A stretch of DNA of 43,744 nt from Callorhinchus milii (GCF_018977255.1 NW_024705445.1:1-43744); one strand, 5' to 3'; shown: positions 22,372-35,302, counted from the stretch's first letter. Notes: generated from the letters alone by a model not told the origin. Made by a program: numbers and translations.

Positions 22372-23420
22372 TTACTTAATAATACACTTCCAGGCTGCAC
22401 GAAGCCTGTAGCTAGCAGAGCCATTAAAATTATTTGTATCTCTCTCAATTGCAATGGATTCCATAATTAATCTTGGCCAGTAATAATTAATCTTTGTTTT
22501 TTTCGGTAAAAACCAAAGAGTATGGATCCTTTCAGTCACGAAAACTTCAAATCTAGAATCAGTAATAATTAGTTTTACATAACACTTCAACGTTATCAAA
22601 ATCAATTGAGTGTCCTTGTTGGCAAGCATGTTCTGTCACTACCGACAGTTGTGTTTGAGAGAATCCTATATTTATTTAGTGTTATTTTAATCTTACCGCT
22701 AATGTTACGTCCCGTCTGTCCAAAATAGCATTTACCGCATAAGCAATTAATCTGATATACACCTTCTGTTGATAACTTAGGTAATTCATCTTTAGTACAA
22801 GATACTAGTTTTGAATTGTGTGTATCGTACCAAATCTTACTTGAATGTCTTGCTTTTGCAAAACTAGAGCTAATTTGTCAGTTACTCCTGAGATATATGG
22901 TATTTTTATTGTTTTAATAATCTGATCACTTTAAGCAGTATTGTTGTTCGATCTTGATTTGGCATTCAATGCTCTGTTAATTTAAGCATTATTGTAGCCT
23001 TTCAGTCGTAGTGCTTCTTTAACATGTTTAATCTTTCTCCTTAGACTTTCACCATCTCACACTGTTTTAGCCCGATGTATGAGCGTCTTGATGAGAGAGG
23101 ATTTCTGTTCGGGTGATGATGCGAATCTGCATTCAGATAGGCATCAGTGTGCATTCCCTTTCGGTAACGCTGTGTGTTATTTTACCATTTTAGGCCACGT
23201 TCAAGCAAAATATCTAGGAAAGGGAGTTTGCTATTCACCTCCATTTCCATGGTGAACTAGATGGCTGGGTTTTGTGCATTAGATTATTTATACATTTATT
23301 AAGTGTATCTTTACCATGTGGTCAGACAACCAAAGTGTCACTGCCAGTAGTGTGACCTTTATCAGCTGACAGAATTCGAATATCTTTATTTAATCGAAGC
23401 TCTCTTAAGGCTTTTACTTT
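22372..23420 (-). mobile_element. Penelope-like (Poseidon-type) retroelement, internally deleted RT + GIY-YIG endonuclease
   Basis: KALRELRLNKDIRILSADKG; FTMEMEVNSKLPFLD; YRKGMHTDAYLNADSHH; GVYQINCLCGKCYFGQTGR; IDFDNVEVL..YWPRLIMESIAI..NFN. Confidence 0.88.
22490..22559 (+). mobile_element. 70-bp Penelope-like pLTR terminus inserted into the GIY-YIG region
   Basis: Flanked by the 12-bp duplication CAGTAATAATTA (22478-22489, 22560-22571); ends CAGTCACGAAAACTTCAAATCTAGAAT like the insert at 37149-37832. Confidence 0.8.
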
Positions 23421-23770
23421 GTTAAAGCACCTCTCTTGGAAGGGTATTATTAAGTAACTAGCTTCTTTGCCCGTCTTAGGACGGAAGCTGTAATATTTAC
23501 GAAAAAAATCGAGCAGAGTATAATTGTATCTTGTGTAAATTCAATGGCAGTGATTCTTGCACAAAACTACGTCATAAACCACCTCACTGAATGTCACTGT
23601 AGCACTGTATATAACTAACCGTCAATTTGTTAAAATTCACTGCTCTGATACTTTATTTTCTTCTGCTTTCGGTCGCTGGAGTTGAAATAAATTGGAAATC
23701 GATGCAATATGTGGAAAATCGCCGAGAAATGTATATTTTACCATAATGTAGAAGCATAAAGTAGACTTAC

Positions 23771-23785
23771 CTTCTGACTCAAGTG
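23771..23785 (-). CDS. candidate 15-nt micro-exon (possibly leader of gene B)
   Basis: tctttatttatttcttcag|CACTTGAGTCAGAAG|gtaagt: strong acceptor and consensus donor, frame-preserving, phase 1-1 compatible with the V exon (xLESE-G). Confidence 0.4.
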
Positions 23786-24596
23786 CTGAAGAAATAAATA
23801 AAGACATCAAATCCACTTTGTTGCTGCGTAGAATTATTTATTACATTCACTATCAATGAAGAAACGTCAAACTTAAAGCGAATTTGCGAAAATAAATTAT
23901 TTCTACTCGACCTGCGTGAAGCGTAAAAATCCACCCGTCCATTATTATTGAGGGGGGGGGGGGGCTCTTTTGCAGTGACGTCCCGTATGGATGTAACACT
24001 GTGCTGTGTAGATATATTTTTGACTCTGTAAAGAAACGTCATATTTGAAGCGACTTGATTATTTTTTTAGAGGGGCGGGGGGGGGGGGTGCGGAATGTGG
24101 AGTGATGTCACGCACGTTTCGATTCGAAATCCCTATTTTCGATCGGATCATTGGGGTTTATTGGTAATAAATCGGCATTTTGCGACCCCCACTGCCGCTG
24201 TATAGCATATTATTACATGCCAGGGACTCTATGAGATGATAGGACAATAGTCTGAGTCCATAATTGGAAATAACGGCAAAGCAGTTACAGTGAGGGAAAA
24301 AGTATTTGATCCCATGCTGATTTTGTACGTTTGCCCACTGACAAAGAAATGATCAGTCTATCATTTTAATTGTAGGTTTATTTGAACAGTGAGAGACAGA
24401 ATAACAACAAAAAGATCCAGAAAAATGCATGTCAAAAATGTTATAAATTGATTTGCATTTTATTGAGGGAAATAAGTATTTGACCCCCTCTCAATCAGAA
24501 AGATTTTTGGCTCCCAGGTGTCTTTTATATAGGTAACGAGCTGAGATTAGGAGCACACTCTTAAAGGGAGTGCTCCTAATCGCAGCTTGTTACCTG

Positions 24597-25160
24597 TGTA
24601 GGGGTTGTTACGGGGAGAAAGGCGGACAGAAACACAAGGGTGTCTGTACCCACACACGGGTGTCTACATCCACGTCCGCATCGGTTAACCCTGGGGGCCA
24701 TGGGGGCACTGTGATCCCCCATAGCCCCACCCCTCGGAGAGGATCCTATAAAAGGCGGGGAGCCAGAGGGCTCGAGGCCAGTGTGTTAGAAGCTTACCAG
24801 TGAAGACTGAAGACCGGCAGAATAGGCCCTGGAACTCCCCTGGCTCGCTGTCCTTGTCAGGGCCGAGCAGGGCAAGCCAGTGGCGCGGCCCCAAGAGCTC
24901 CAGGACCGCTGCTCTTGTAAGAGCACGGCCTGGTTAGCTGGGTGCCGGGATCCGTGCTTGACCAGGGCCGGATCAGATAGCCTCCCCTAGCACTCATAGC
25001 GGAGGACTGGGAATAGAACAGTCAGGGAATAGTGCTAGGGGTGTTTCCCATTGAGTACGAGTGAAGGGGCCGTTACCCCTTCAAGTATTGTTACCGCCTT
25101 TTGGTTAAATAAAAGAGTGTGCCTCAACTACGTCGTCTGTCTCCCTGAGAACTCACTACA
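24597..25160 (+). repeat. 5' LTR of Gypsy element 2
   Basis: TGTAGGGG...CACTACA, with CCTATAAAAG and AATAAA inside. Confidence 0.95.
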
Positions 25161-25162
25161 TC

Positions 25163-25177
25163 TGGCGTCAGAAGTGG
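25163..25177 (+). promoter_or_regulatory. primer-binding site (tRNA-Leu-like)
   Basis: TGGCGTCAGAAGTGG, 2 nt after the LTR; close to the tRNA-Leu PBS TGGTGTCAGAAGTGG. Confidence 0.75.
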
Positions 25178-25185
25178 TAAAAAGA

Positions 25186-28100
25186 ATGGATACGAGACGG
25201 ACAACTCGTACCCAAGACCCTGGAGAGGAGACAGCTTGGGAGAGGCGGTGCAAGAGATCGCCGCCGACGTACCTGTTCAACCCGCCGGGTCCACCACCAG
25301 CAGGGCAGCCGGAGAGAGTCGGGACGTCTGCTGACGAGCTGTGGTTGGCTCACTCCCGATTGGCGGAGCTCCTATATGCAGCGGCCGCCACGCTGGAGCA
25401 GATAACCCGCCTGGGGCTGGGAGGAGCGGCGCGGCACGAAGACGGACAGCGCCCGGCCGAAACTCCCGCCGTTACGACGGGCCTACGGCTCGAATTTCCG
25501 CTACGAGTACAGTAGGAGCCGAGGGAGGGGCCCCAGCACGTCACGCGGGCGACGGGGGCCAACCAGCAAGCGCCACGTCATCCGCGGGGCTGGTCGCAGT
25601 GGCTACCTATCAGCGGTCGCCGCGTCATCAACAGCGGACGACTGCACCGAGCACCAAGCCGTAACCAGCGCGTCACAGACGGCGCGACCTCCATTGGGGT
25701 CCGCCATTGCTCTCCATACTGTCCATGGAGACGGGACCGGTGCTGGCGATCGTCGGGGACGGAGCCGACATTTCAGCAACGCCTGCCGGTCCTGCAGAAT
25801 TCGTATCAAGCGGCGGCGATTGGGGAGCGTTTGAGCGCCGTTTCCTCGCCCACCAAGAGATGGCTGGGTGGACGGACAACGAGGCGCTGCGTGCTCTCCT
25901 GGCGATGCTGGATAGCGACGCCCTCGGCACCCTCACTGCTTCACCCAAGTCGGCGCGCTCCACACTTAGGTCGGCGCTTCAACTGCTGGCCACGGTTTAT
26001 GGCCCGCCTTCCGACTGTCGCCAGCTTTTCTACGAGCGGCAGAGGGGCGACAAGGAGTCACCACTCGCGTACCGCACGGCCCTGTTGGCGTTGGCAAGGC
26101 GGCCTTCCCGCGCATGGACGAGGAAGGGGTGGACGCGATGGTGGCCGAAAAGATTCTGCTGTTGGCTGACGACTTGAACATCGTCATCCTGGCGCAGGAT
26201 GATGCGGACATGTCTTCGTTGCGGGCTGCGAGGCACATCCATGCCAACCTGCTGTCCCAACGGAGGAAGGCCAACAAGGCAGCTGCGGGACACACCGTGG
26301 CGGCAACCACCTCCGCATCCGAGGAGGTCTTCGCTGCGGGCCGTCCTGCGGAATGGCGGTCTGGCGGGCGACCGGCTCGGGACGCACCGAGCCACCGAGA
26401 GCAGCCCAAGTCTTTGGAGCGCTCGTCGTGTGCTACAACTGTGGCCTCCGGGGCCACGTGGCTTCGGGATGCCGGGCTCCCCGACAGCGCGGGGCGGGAA
26501 CTCGGGCCGAGGACGGCCTTCTTCCAAAGCCTCCACAACAACCTCCGGCAAGTCGTGGCACCCCACATGTTCGGCCTGCACGCACACCCACTTCTTCTCA
26601 CATACCCCGACACACGATTCTCGGGGTTCGGGTGCTGGTGCGTCGGGTTGCGGCTTGATGGGGAGGGCGCTCCAACCGGGCCAATGGTCCGAGTTGGCTC
26701 ACCGTGTTGTGGCTGCGTCGGCGGGGTCGTCCGTTGTCACGGGGCACATTGATGGGGTGGAGGTACGGGTATTGATCGACACGGGAGCATCGGAACGATT
26801 GTTTCCGATTTGATCTATAATATCCTGCCCGTTCAGAGTCGCCCGTTGCTCCCCGTCGACATACCGTGTTACGCTGCAAACGGGGGCTCGTTAGGTATCA
26901 TCGGCCAAATTCGAGCGCAAATTTCTATCGGGGATATTAAATTATCTGGGCCGGTGTTGGTCTCCTCCTCTCTGGCAGTTCCGTGCCTGTTGGGGACAGA
27001 CTTTTTGGCCAAAATGCCTGTTAAAATTTTGATTGACCAGGGATGCATCGAACTTCCCTCGGGCCGACGTATGACGTTCTTGCCCTCCACCCCTGCCTTG
27101 CGTACAGCCTGTGCAACGGTACAGGCGCTCGTTGCTCAAACGGTGCGCGTACCCCCAGGGGCACAGATGCTCGTGCCCCTGCGGTTGCGTCGACCATTCG
27201 CTAAGGGGGTTTTGGACCAGGGCATTTTGCTGGGACCGTCTAGGGCTGGGGTGATGGCCCAGATTTGGTGGCGGCCCAGACAATTGTTAAGGGGGATGAG
27301 GACCCGTTCATCGCGGTCCTCAATGTCGGGACACGGACGGCTGTGGTTTCCCAGGGAACCGTGTTCGCACACGCGATTCCGGTACCTGCGGAAATGCCGA
27401 TCATTGGCCAGGTGGCCACCGCTTCTCAGCCGCAACTGCAGTCAGACCATGACGAGGTTGGCTGGAGGCGCTTTGTGCTGAGACACCTGACCTATCTGAC
27501 TCACAACGTGCTAAATTGCGTACCCTTTTGCGAGAATTTTCGGACGTCTTTAGTAAGAACAAATATGATATCGGATGTACAAAATTGCTGCGCCACCATA
27601 TTGACACCGGTGACAACGCTCCTATCCGCCAAAATCCTTTTCGGTTAAGTCCCGCCGAAAAGGATCATGTCAAATCGGCTGTAGATGACATGCTGGCTTC
27701 TGACATTATTTCTCCCTCAACCAGCCCTTGGGGTGCACCCATAGTGTTAGTCAAAAAGCACGATGGGTCCCTAAGGTTCTGCGTTGATTTTCGGCGTTTA
27801 AATAAAATCTCGGTGGCCGATGCTTACCCGCTTCCTCGAATGGACGAATCTCTGGATGCCCTGGCTGGATCACGATTCTTCTCCACCTTGGATTTGCTGT
27901 CAGGGTTTTGGCAACTCCCTTTGGATGACGAATCGAAGCCGAAAACGGCTTTTCGAACGCCGCACGGCCTCTTCCAATTTAATCGTTTGCCTATGGGGCT
28001 CCACTCAGCTCCTGCAACGTTCCAGCGCCTAATGGAATTGGTTCTCGCTGGCTTGCAATGGGACGTCTGTTTGAATTACCTAGACGACGTGATCGTATTT

Positions 28101-30526
28101 AGTAGGACATTCGAGGAACATCTTGATAGGCTTCGGGCCGTCTTTCTCAAAATGCGCGCCGCTAATTTGAAGTTTAAACCACAAAAGTGCCATTTGCTCC
28201 GCGAATCTGTGAGATATTTGGGTCACATCGTCGGACGGTCAGGTATCTCAACCGATCCCGCCAAAACGCGTTGTGTCAGCTCCTGGCCGACTCCCACCTC
28301 GGTGGGGGAGGTTAGGAGTTTCATCGGTTTTGCTTCATATTACCGGCGGTTTGTCGCAGAGTTCGCTTCCATCGCTAAGCCGTTACATGCCCTAACGGCA
28401 AAGGGGGTGAAGTTTCATTGGGGGCCGGAAGAGGAGGCCGCCTTTAACTCTCTTCGGGACGCCTTGGTGGGGGCCCCGCCGTTGAGTTACCCCGATTTTT
28501 CTAAACCTTTCTTGCTCGACACGGACGCGAGCAATACGGGATTGGGGGCGTGCTTTCCCAAGTTGTTGGAGGCATGGAGCGCGTAGTGGCTTACGGTAGT
28601 AGAGTATTGTCTCCTGCCGAGCAAAGATACTGCGTCACCCGCCGTGAACTGTTGGCTATTGTGTTCTTTATTCAACAGTACCGGCCATATCTGTACGGTC
28701 GGCATTTCACCGTCCGTACAGATCATGCGGCATTGCAGTATGCCTTGCGTGTTGACCAGCCATCGGGGCAATTATCCCGATGGCTGGAGATCATTCAGGA
28801 TTTCGATTTTGAAACAACATATCGCAAGGGGATTCGCCACACTAATGCCGATGCCCTGTCGCGCCTGCCGGCCACTTCGGATTGCACTTGTCTCCTGGGC
28901 TCGGGGCGCTGCAAATCTACGAGCGACGGCCATGATCGGGTCCTTGCTGCCGCCGCTGAGGCACCTTCGAGCGTTGGCCTATTGAAATGGGAGGGAAGGA
29001 TTCCCTACTGGGGTTGTCAGGTGCGGAGTGGGGGCGCCTCCAAATGGAGGATACTTCCCTCCTGGCGCTACGGCGTCGCGCAGGAATCCGGTCAGGGGAG
29101 GTCGGGCGTTGACTCATGGGGGTTGTGCCAGGGCCTCCTCATGCATTGGGACGGGACGATCCGCCGCCACAGGCTGGTGGTGCCTTCCACGTTGAGGGGT
29201 AAGGCTGTATGGGCTGCTCATGAGCGGCTCCTGCACCTGGGCACCCACAAAACCCTTGCCATGCTCCAGCTTAATTTCTTTTGGCCGGGCATGGCAAGGA
29301 TGTGGACGATCTCTTGCAGTCCTGTACCCAGTGTGCTCAACGGAAGCCACCAGCAAGGGGAGCCAGCCCACCGCTCCAGTCTATTTCGGTCACCCGGGTT
29401 AATGAGCTCGTCGCTCTTGATATTTTGGGGCCGTTTCCTTCCACGCCTAGGGGTAATAAGTACCTACTGGTTGGCGTGGAATATTTCACGCGATGGCCTA
29501 TGGCTTGGCCCCTCGCCAACCAGTCGGCAGCAGCCGTTGCGGAGGCTTTTGTCCAGGGCTATGTCCTCGACAAGGGCGCTCCGGAACGGTTGTTGACCGA
29601 TCAGGGAAAGAACTTCACTAGTTCCCTTTTACACGAGGTGTGCGAGCTTCTCGGTACGAAGAAAATTCGTACCTCCCCATACCACCCACAAACGGATGGG
29701 ATGGTAGAACGCCTGCATAGGACTATTACGTCCATGCTGTCCCACCAGGTATCTGAGTCCCAAACCGATTGGGACCTTCAGATCCCGGGGTTCTGGCAGC
29801 CTACAGGATGGCTCCTCACGCGGCGACCGGATTCTCGCCATTTTTTTAATGTATGGCCGCGAAGTTGACCCACCTGTCGCGACCCAGCTGCGCGTTTCCA
29901 CACCGCATGCTAAGTCCAAATTGGCTGACCATGTTAAATTTAATATCCTCAAGTTGGCTGAGGCACGGGAGGCGGCTATTCAAAACTCTGACTCTCGCCA
30001 GAAGGCGAATGAAAGGTTGAGATTGCGCCGGTCGCACACGCACGAATGGCACCCGGGCGACAGAGCGTGGCTACACTGTCCCCAGGTGCCATTGGCTACC
30101 TCGTCTAAGCTGTTGCGACCATGGAGGGGCCCCGTGGAAATTGTGCAGGTTGTGCGGCCCCAATGTGTTCGCATTAAGTGGGGGAAGCGCCGGTGGTTCG
30201 TCCACCCTTCACGGTTGAAGCCGTTCTTTGCGCCACATGCTTCCTCTCCTCACAACTATGGCCGAACATGTGGGGGGTCCACTGACTCCTGGAGGGCGGG
30301 TTCACCGCCAGCCTCTGATCCGCTGCTAACTGTTCCGCCTTCAGGGGTCCAGAGACTGACGCCCTCTCTGCCGCCAGCCTCCCCCGAGGGGGTCAGCGCA
30401 GGCTCGTCCGAGAAGCCGGAGGGCCGTGCACCTGAACTGTCAACACCCACCGCCGGCCCGACCGGGTCGGGCCCTTGTGACGGGCCCGCTGCACGGACAC
30501 GCGCCAAGACGCGCCGGTTGTTGTGA
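25186..30526 (+). pseudogene. gag-pol: Gypsy gag-pol (fragmented by 1-bp indels)
   Basis: CYNCGLRGHVASGC knuckle; LIDTGAS protease; RT LDLLSGFWQ and YLDD; RH LDTDAS, TDH; IN LDILGP, TDQG, GMVERL. Confidence 0.93.
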
Positions 30527-30775
30527 GTTGCTTCCCGCGCGTGTTCCGCTGCCGTGGGGCTCGCTCACCTTTTGGGAGGGGTGGGAAATCACACTCTGTA
30601 CATATGTTTTGCATGTTGGGGTTGGGGTATTTATAGGGGACCGTCGGTTGTTTTGTTACCCTTGTTATTGTTACGAGGCACACACATGTTGACTGTGTTA
30701 CGTCTTATTGTTGTTGGCTTTTGGGAGTTTTTTTTGCAGCCGGGACAGCTGCGGGCTGTACAGGGGGGGGGGTGA

Positions 30776-31335
30776 TGTAGGGGTTGTTACGGGGAGAAAG
30801 GGGACAGAAACACAAGGGTGTCTGCACCCACACACGGGTGTCTACATCCACGTCCGCATCGGTTAACCCTGGGGGGCCATGGGGGCGCTGTGATCCCCCA
30901 TAGCCCACCCCTCGGAGAGGATTCCTATAAAAGGCGGGGAGCCAGAGGGCTCGGGCCAGTGTGTTAGAAGCTTACCAGTGAAGACTGAAGACCGGCAGAA
31001 TAGGCCCTGGAACTCCCCTGGCTCGCTGTCCTTGTCAGGGCCGAGCAGGGCAAGCCAGTGGCGCGGCCCCAAGAGCTCCAGGACCGCTGCTCTTGTAAGA
31101 GCACGGCCTGGTTAGCTGGGTGCCGGGATCCGTGCTTGACCAGGGCCGGATCAGATAGCCTCCCCTAGCACTCATAGCGGAGGACTGGGAATAGGACAGT
31201 CAGGGAATAGTGCTAGGGGTGTTTCCCATTGAGTACGGGTGAAGGGGCCGTTACCCTTCAAGTATTGTTACCGCCTTTGGTTAAATAAAAGAGTGTGCCT
31301 CAACTACGTCGTCTGTCTCCCTGGAACTCACTAAA
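30776..31335 (+). repeat. 3' LTR of Gypsy element 2
   Basis: Direct repeat of 24597-25160 with only a few substitutions and homopolymer-length differences. Confidence 0.95.
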
Positions 31336-31396
31336 CCTGTATAAAAAACACCTGTTCACAGAAGCAATCAATCAATCAGATTCTAAACTCTCCACC

Positions 31397-32365
31397 ATGG
31401 CCAAGACCAAAGAGCTCTCCAAGGATGTCAGGACAAGATTGTAGACCTACACAAGGCTGGGATGGGCTACAAGACCATCGCCAAGCAGCTTGGTGAAAGG
31501 TGACAACAGTTGGTGCGATTATTCGCAAATGGAAAAAACACAAAATAACTGTCAATCTCCCTCGGCCTGGGGCTCCATGCAAGATCTCACCTCGTGGAGT
31601 TGCAATGATCATGAGAACGGTGAGGAATCAGCCCAGAACTACACGGGAGGATCTTGTCAATGATCTCAAGGCAGCTGGGACCATAGTCACCAAGAAAACA
31701 GTTGGTAACACACTACGCCGCGAAGGACTGAAATCCTGCAGCGCCCGCAAGATCCCCTGCTCAAGAAAGCACATATACATGCCCGTCTGAAGTTTGCCAA
31801 TGCACATCTGAATGATTCAGAGGATAACTGGGTGAAAGTGTTGTGGTCAGATGAGACTAAAATGGAGCTCTTTGGCATCAACTCAACTCGCCGTGTTTGG
31901 AGGAGGAATGATGCCTATGACCCCAAGAACACCATCCCCACCGTCAAACATGGAGGTTTGAAACATTATGCTTTGGGAGTGTTTTTCTGCTAAGGGGACA
32001 GGACAACTTCACCGCATCAAAGGGACGATGGACGGGGCCATGTACCGTTAAATCTTGGGTGAGAACCTCCTTCCCTCAACCAGGGCATTGAAAATGGGTC
32101 GTGGATGGGTATTCCAGCATGACAATGACCCAAGACACAGTCCTGGAGTGGCCTAGCCAGTCTCCAGACCTTAATCCCATAGAAAATCTGTGGAGCTGAA
32201 GGTTCGAGTTGCCAAACGTCAGCCTCGAAACCTTAATGACTTGGAGAAGATCTGCAAAGAGGAGTGGGACAAAATCCCTCTGAGATGTGTGCAAATCTGG
32301 TGGCCAACTACAAGAAACGTCTGACCTCTGTGATTGCCAACAAGGGTTTTGCCACCAAGTACTAA
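31397..32365 (+). pseudogene. Tc1 transposase (frameshifted, small deletions)
   Basis: [10 protein letters not shown] start, [40 protein letters not shown], ends TKY*. Confidence 0.92.
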
Positions 32366-33216
32366 GTCATGTTTTGCAGAGGGGTCAAATACTTATTTCC
32401 CTCATTAAAATGCAAATCAATTATAACATTTTTGACATGCGTTTTTCTGGATTTTTTGTTGTTATTCTGTCTCTCACTGTTCAAATAAACTACATTAAAT
32501 TATAGACTGATAATTTCTTTGTCAGTGGGCAAACGTACAAAATCAGCCGGGGATCAAATACTTTTTTCCCTCACTGTATAAGTGACTCAGAATTGTGCGT
32601 AGTTGCGTATAAAGTGCACGACTCCCTGAAGGCAAATACCTCAGCGAGCGCGATGCCGATCACACGGTTCGAATTCGACCCTCGAACGATGGCTGCAGAA
32701 GCGCCCGAGGACGAGTCCTTACTTACTAACAACTCCTATAATCTTTCATTGCTGGAGGGGTTGCCCCCCCTACCTGAAAATCCTGGCTCCGCTCTGACAG
32801 CATTGCTCATGTGGTTGTGCATAAAAGTGACAAGAATGGGACATTCGTTAAAAGCATTTTATTTTCACGAATCGCCAAGAAATGCACGCACGATTGTCGA
32901 ATAATAATTAATTAATATCGTGTAAATAACAAGGATAGAATTAGAAGAATTCTAAAGAGAAAATCCAGGAGTAAAGAAGAGATTTAAAGGCTTAAAATAG
33001 GCAGGTAAGCCTCACACTCGATCTCTACACTCCCAGCCTCTACTGTCCCCTCTGTGCCTCTCTCGTTCCTTCTCCCTTCTCGCTCCACCTTCACTGCAAC
33101 CAACTCTCAACTGCAGCACACAGATCGACCATCGTCACTATAAGTAATAACAACAAAGCAGCCTGCAGCTTCCGTACTCCATTAGACCCCACCTTATTCT
33201 TATGCTCCTTCCCAAG

Positions 33217-33380
33217 CCAGGTTCGGCAACCTGCGGCTCCCGAGCCGCGTATGGCGGCTCTTCAAGGGACAGCTGCTTCGTGACGTCATTTGTCAACGAC
33301 CACCCCCGTCTCGTATTCCACCACACAGTGCACCGCGGCTCTTGACATTTAGATATTTTTTACCGAATTCGAGATAGTTA
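33217..33380 (+). mobile_element. hAT-like MITE left-end fragment
   Basis: CCAGGTTCGGCAACCTGCGGCTCCCGAGCCGC..GCGGCTCTTC resembles Charlie/hAT MITE termini; no right end found. Confidence 0.4.
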
Positions 33381-33444
33381 ACGGCCCTCTTGTTATTTTG
33401 GTTTCCGACCTCCTGACCTAGCCCATCCTGCGCCAGCTACGACC

Positions 33445-33720
33445 ACCCCTATAATTATCACTACCCCTATCATTATCACTACCCTATCATTATTACTACC
33501 CCTATCATTATCACTACCCCTATCATTATCACTACCCCTATCCCTATAATTAATTACTACCCATATCACTACCTCTACGCCTATCACTACCACTATCAAT
33601 GTAACTACCTATATCACTACCCATATCACTATAACTACTCATATCACAGTAACTACCCCTATCACTACCATTATTACTACCCTTATCTTATCTGTAACCC
33701 TATCACTCTCCCTATCGCGA
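33445..33720 (+). repeat. ACTACCCCTATC(ATTATC) minisatellite
   Basis: Degenerate 12/18-bp tandem units. Confidence 0.85.
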
Positions 33721-34097
33721 CACCAACTGCAATCCCTCCTTAATCTCTGCAACCTATTCTCCTGACACCGTGACCACAACACTTTTTAAAGTTCTTCTAC
33801 TCTATTACTTCAACTACTGTCATCTTAGGTACAATTGTATAATAGTTGGAGAGCGCCTTGCATTAAGGCGCTATGTCCATTCATGCAAGATAAGAAATGT
33901 GCCAATTTTCACGAGTGTGGAAATAACGAGTGCTCTGGATCAGTGGCTTGGGAACCGAGACTAAAAAAGTTATTATAGGCCAATGGTCCTGGACCGGGGT
34001 TACGCGGACCCCTGGGGGTACGTGGCAATGTCCCAGGGAGGCATTATGTATGGAGGTGATATATGATCGTGTGAAATTATATCATACTTCAGAGTTA

Positions 34098-34225
34098 TTA
34101 CATACACACTACACTGCTGCACACTACACAATACACTACACTATGCAATACTATACTCTATACTACGCTACTATACAATACACTACTACACCTACGTTAC
34201 TATACACTACACTATACACTACACC
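34098..34225 (+). repeat. (TACAC/TACTA)n low-complexity repeat
   Basis: Read directly from the sequence. Confidence 0.8.
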
Positions 34226-34683
34226 ATTGTGGTTCTGAACCGGAGGCACACCGACCCTTGGTAAACGTAGCAATATCCAGGTTGTTACATACGGAGGTGA
34301 TTTATGAACGTGTGTGAAATTATATAATTCATGAGAGTCATTGGTGAATAATCATGTGTGATGAATCTATATGGTAACCTGTAACGATATAAATACGTTT
34401 TTAATCCTCATTGATCATAAACAATGCGGTGATTTCCAAGCGTATCCAGCGAGCGTGAACAAATTACATTGAGTGTGCAGAGCAGTTAATTAGCTAGCTA
34501 GGATATACCTCACAAAATGGTCAATCGGTTAAAATATAGACGTTCATTATTTACAGTACATGTATTTCTCAGCACCATGTTAGGCCAGGCAAGGCGGGGG
34601 CGGGGAGGGGTTACTCGGTTGAAACAAAATTCAGCAAGGACGGTATAACACAGTAGTCACCAGCACAAGGATGAGAACCACTG
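34226..34683. mobile_element. hAT-like non-autonomous element
   Basis: GTGGTTCTGAACC left end and GAGAACCACTG right end; a related left-end copy at ~33980-34095. Confidence 0.4.
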
Positions 34684-34895
34684 CATGTAGGCAGTGGTTA
34701 ACAACATTGGACATGGTTGGACTAACTACGTTGCACTTCAAGGGATGTTAAACATAAATAACAGTTTCTTCAAACGCAATCATTGATTTGTTGTTTTTCA
34801 GTCAGGCCTCCAAAGATTCCATCTCTCCTCCTCACTGCTACTGGCTATCACAAACGATCGCTCAACGAAGTGGGCTTATCATCATCATCATCATG

Positions 34896-35097
34896 TGACA
34901 TTTATAGCAGCAGGCAAATACTCTAAACGCGTGATGTTGATTCTAAATGTGGAGGGGAAAACCTGGAGGACCAGGAAAAAATCCACACGACCACAGGGAG
35001 GAGAGACATGCAAACTCCAAATATGCAGCAGGCGTCGTCACAGTCAGGATAGAACCCATGACCTCCTGTATCGCAGACGAGGAAATTAACATCACGC
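34896..35097 (-). mobile_element. tRNA-derived SINE, same family as 20802-21010
   Basis: Full-length reverse-complement match including the GACATTTATAGCAGCAG tail. Confidence 0.75.
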
Positions 35098-35179
35098 CAT
35101 ACACATCCTTCACACCTTCTGCCTGTTAAAAATAGGGGAAAGGTCAGTCTGCAATGCTTGTAAACTCGGTAACAGAAGT

Positions 35180-35302
35180 CTACTGTTGAGTGCATATTGT
35201 ACTGGTCTCTATGAATGTCGATTCTGCAAAGGCCACTGTGTCTCCACGCCTCGACGATAACGTAGCGCCCGATTCCTTGACAACTTCAGGCTCCATCGCA
35301 AC
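35180..35302 (-). CDS. candidate terminal cytoplasmic exon of IgSF receptor gene A
   Basis: Acceptor cccaatttcag|GTT, phase 0 matching the TM exon donor; VAMEPEVVKESGATLSSRRGDTVAFAESTFIETSTICTQQ*; lies in non-repeat DNA. Confidence 0.4.
   Translation of the reverse strand, partial: VAMEPEVVKESGATLSSRRGDTVAFAESTFIETSTICTQQ

Larger units (their letters stand above)
24597..31335 (+). mobile_element. young full-length Ty3/Gypsy LTR retrotransposon (element 2)
   Basis: Near-identical LTRs 24597-25160 and 30776-31335, 4-bp TSD CCTG (24593-24596, 31336-31339), PBS, PPT 30762-30775, gag-PR-RT-RH-IN. Confidence 0.97.
24288..32576 (+). mobile_element. Tc1-like DNA transposon (IR/DR type), interrupted by Gypsy element 2
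   Basis: TA-CAGTGAGGGAAAA...TTTTTTCCCTCACTG-TA, ~200-bp TIRs, transposase at 31397-32365. Confidence 0.95.

Noticed and set aside
26495..26520. GGGAAC + GGCCGAGGACGGCC hairpin as a frameshift signal in Gypsy 2
   Set aside because: The heptamer is incomplete; restoring one A puts gag and protease in the same frame, so a sequencing indel explains it equally well.
33445..33720. Tandem arrays (also 16356-16411, 39495-39650) considered as CRISPR-like
   Set aside because: No unique spacers, eukaryotic context; these are ordinary minisatellites.
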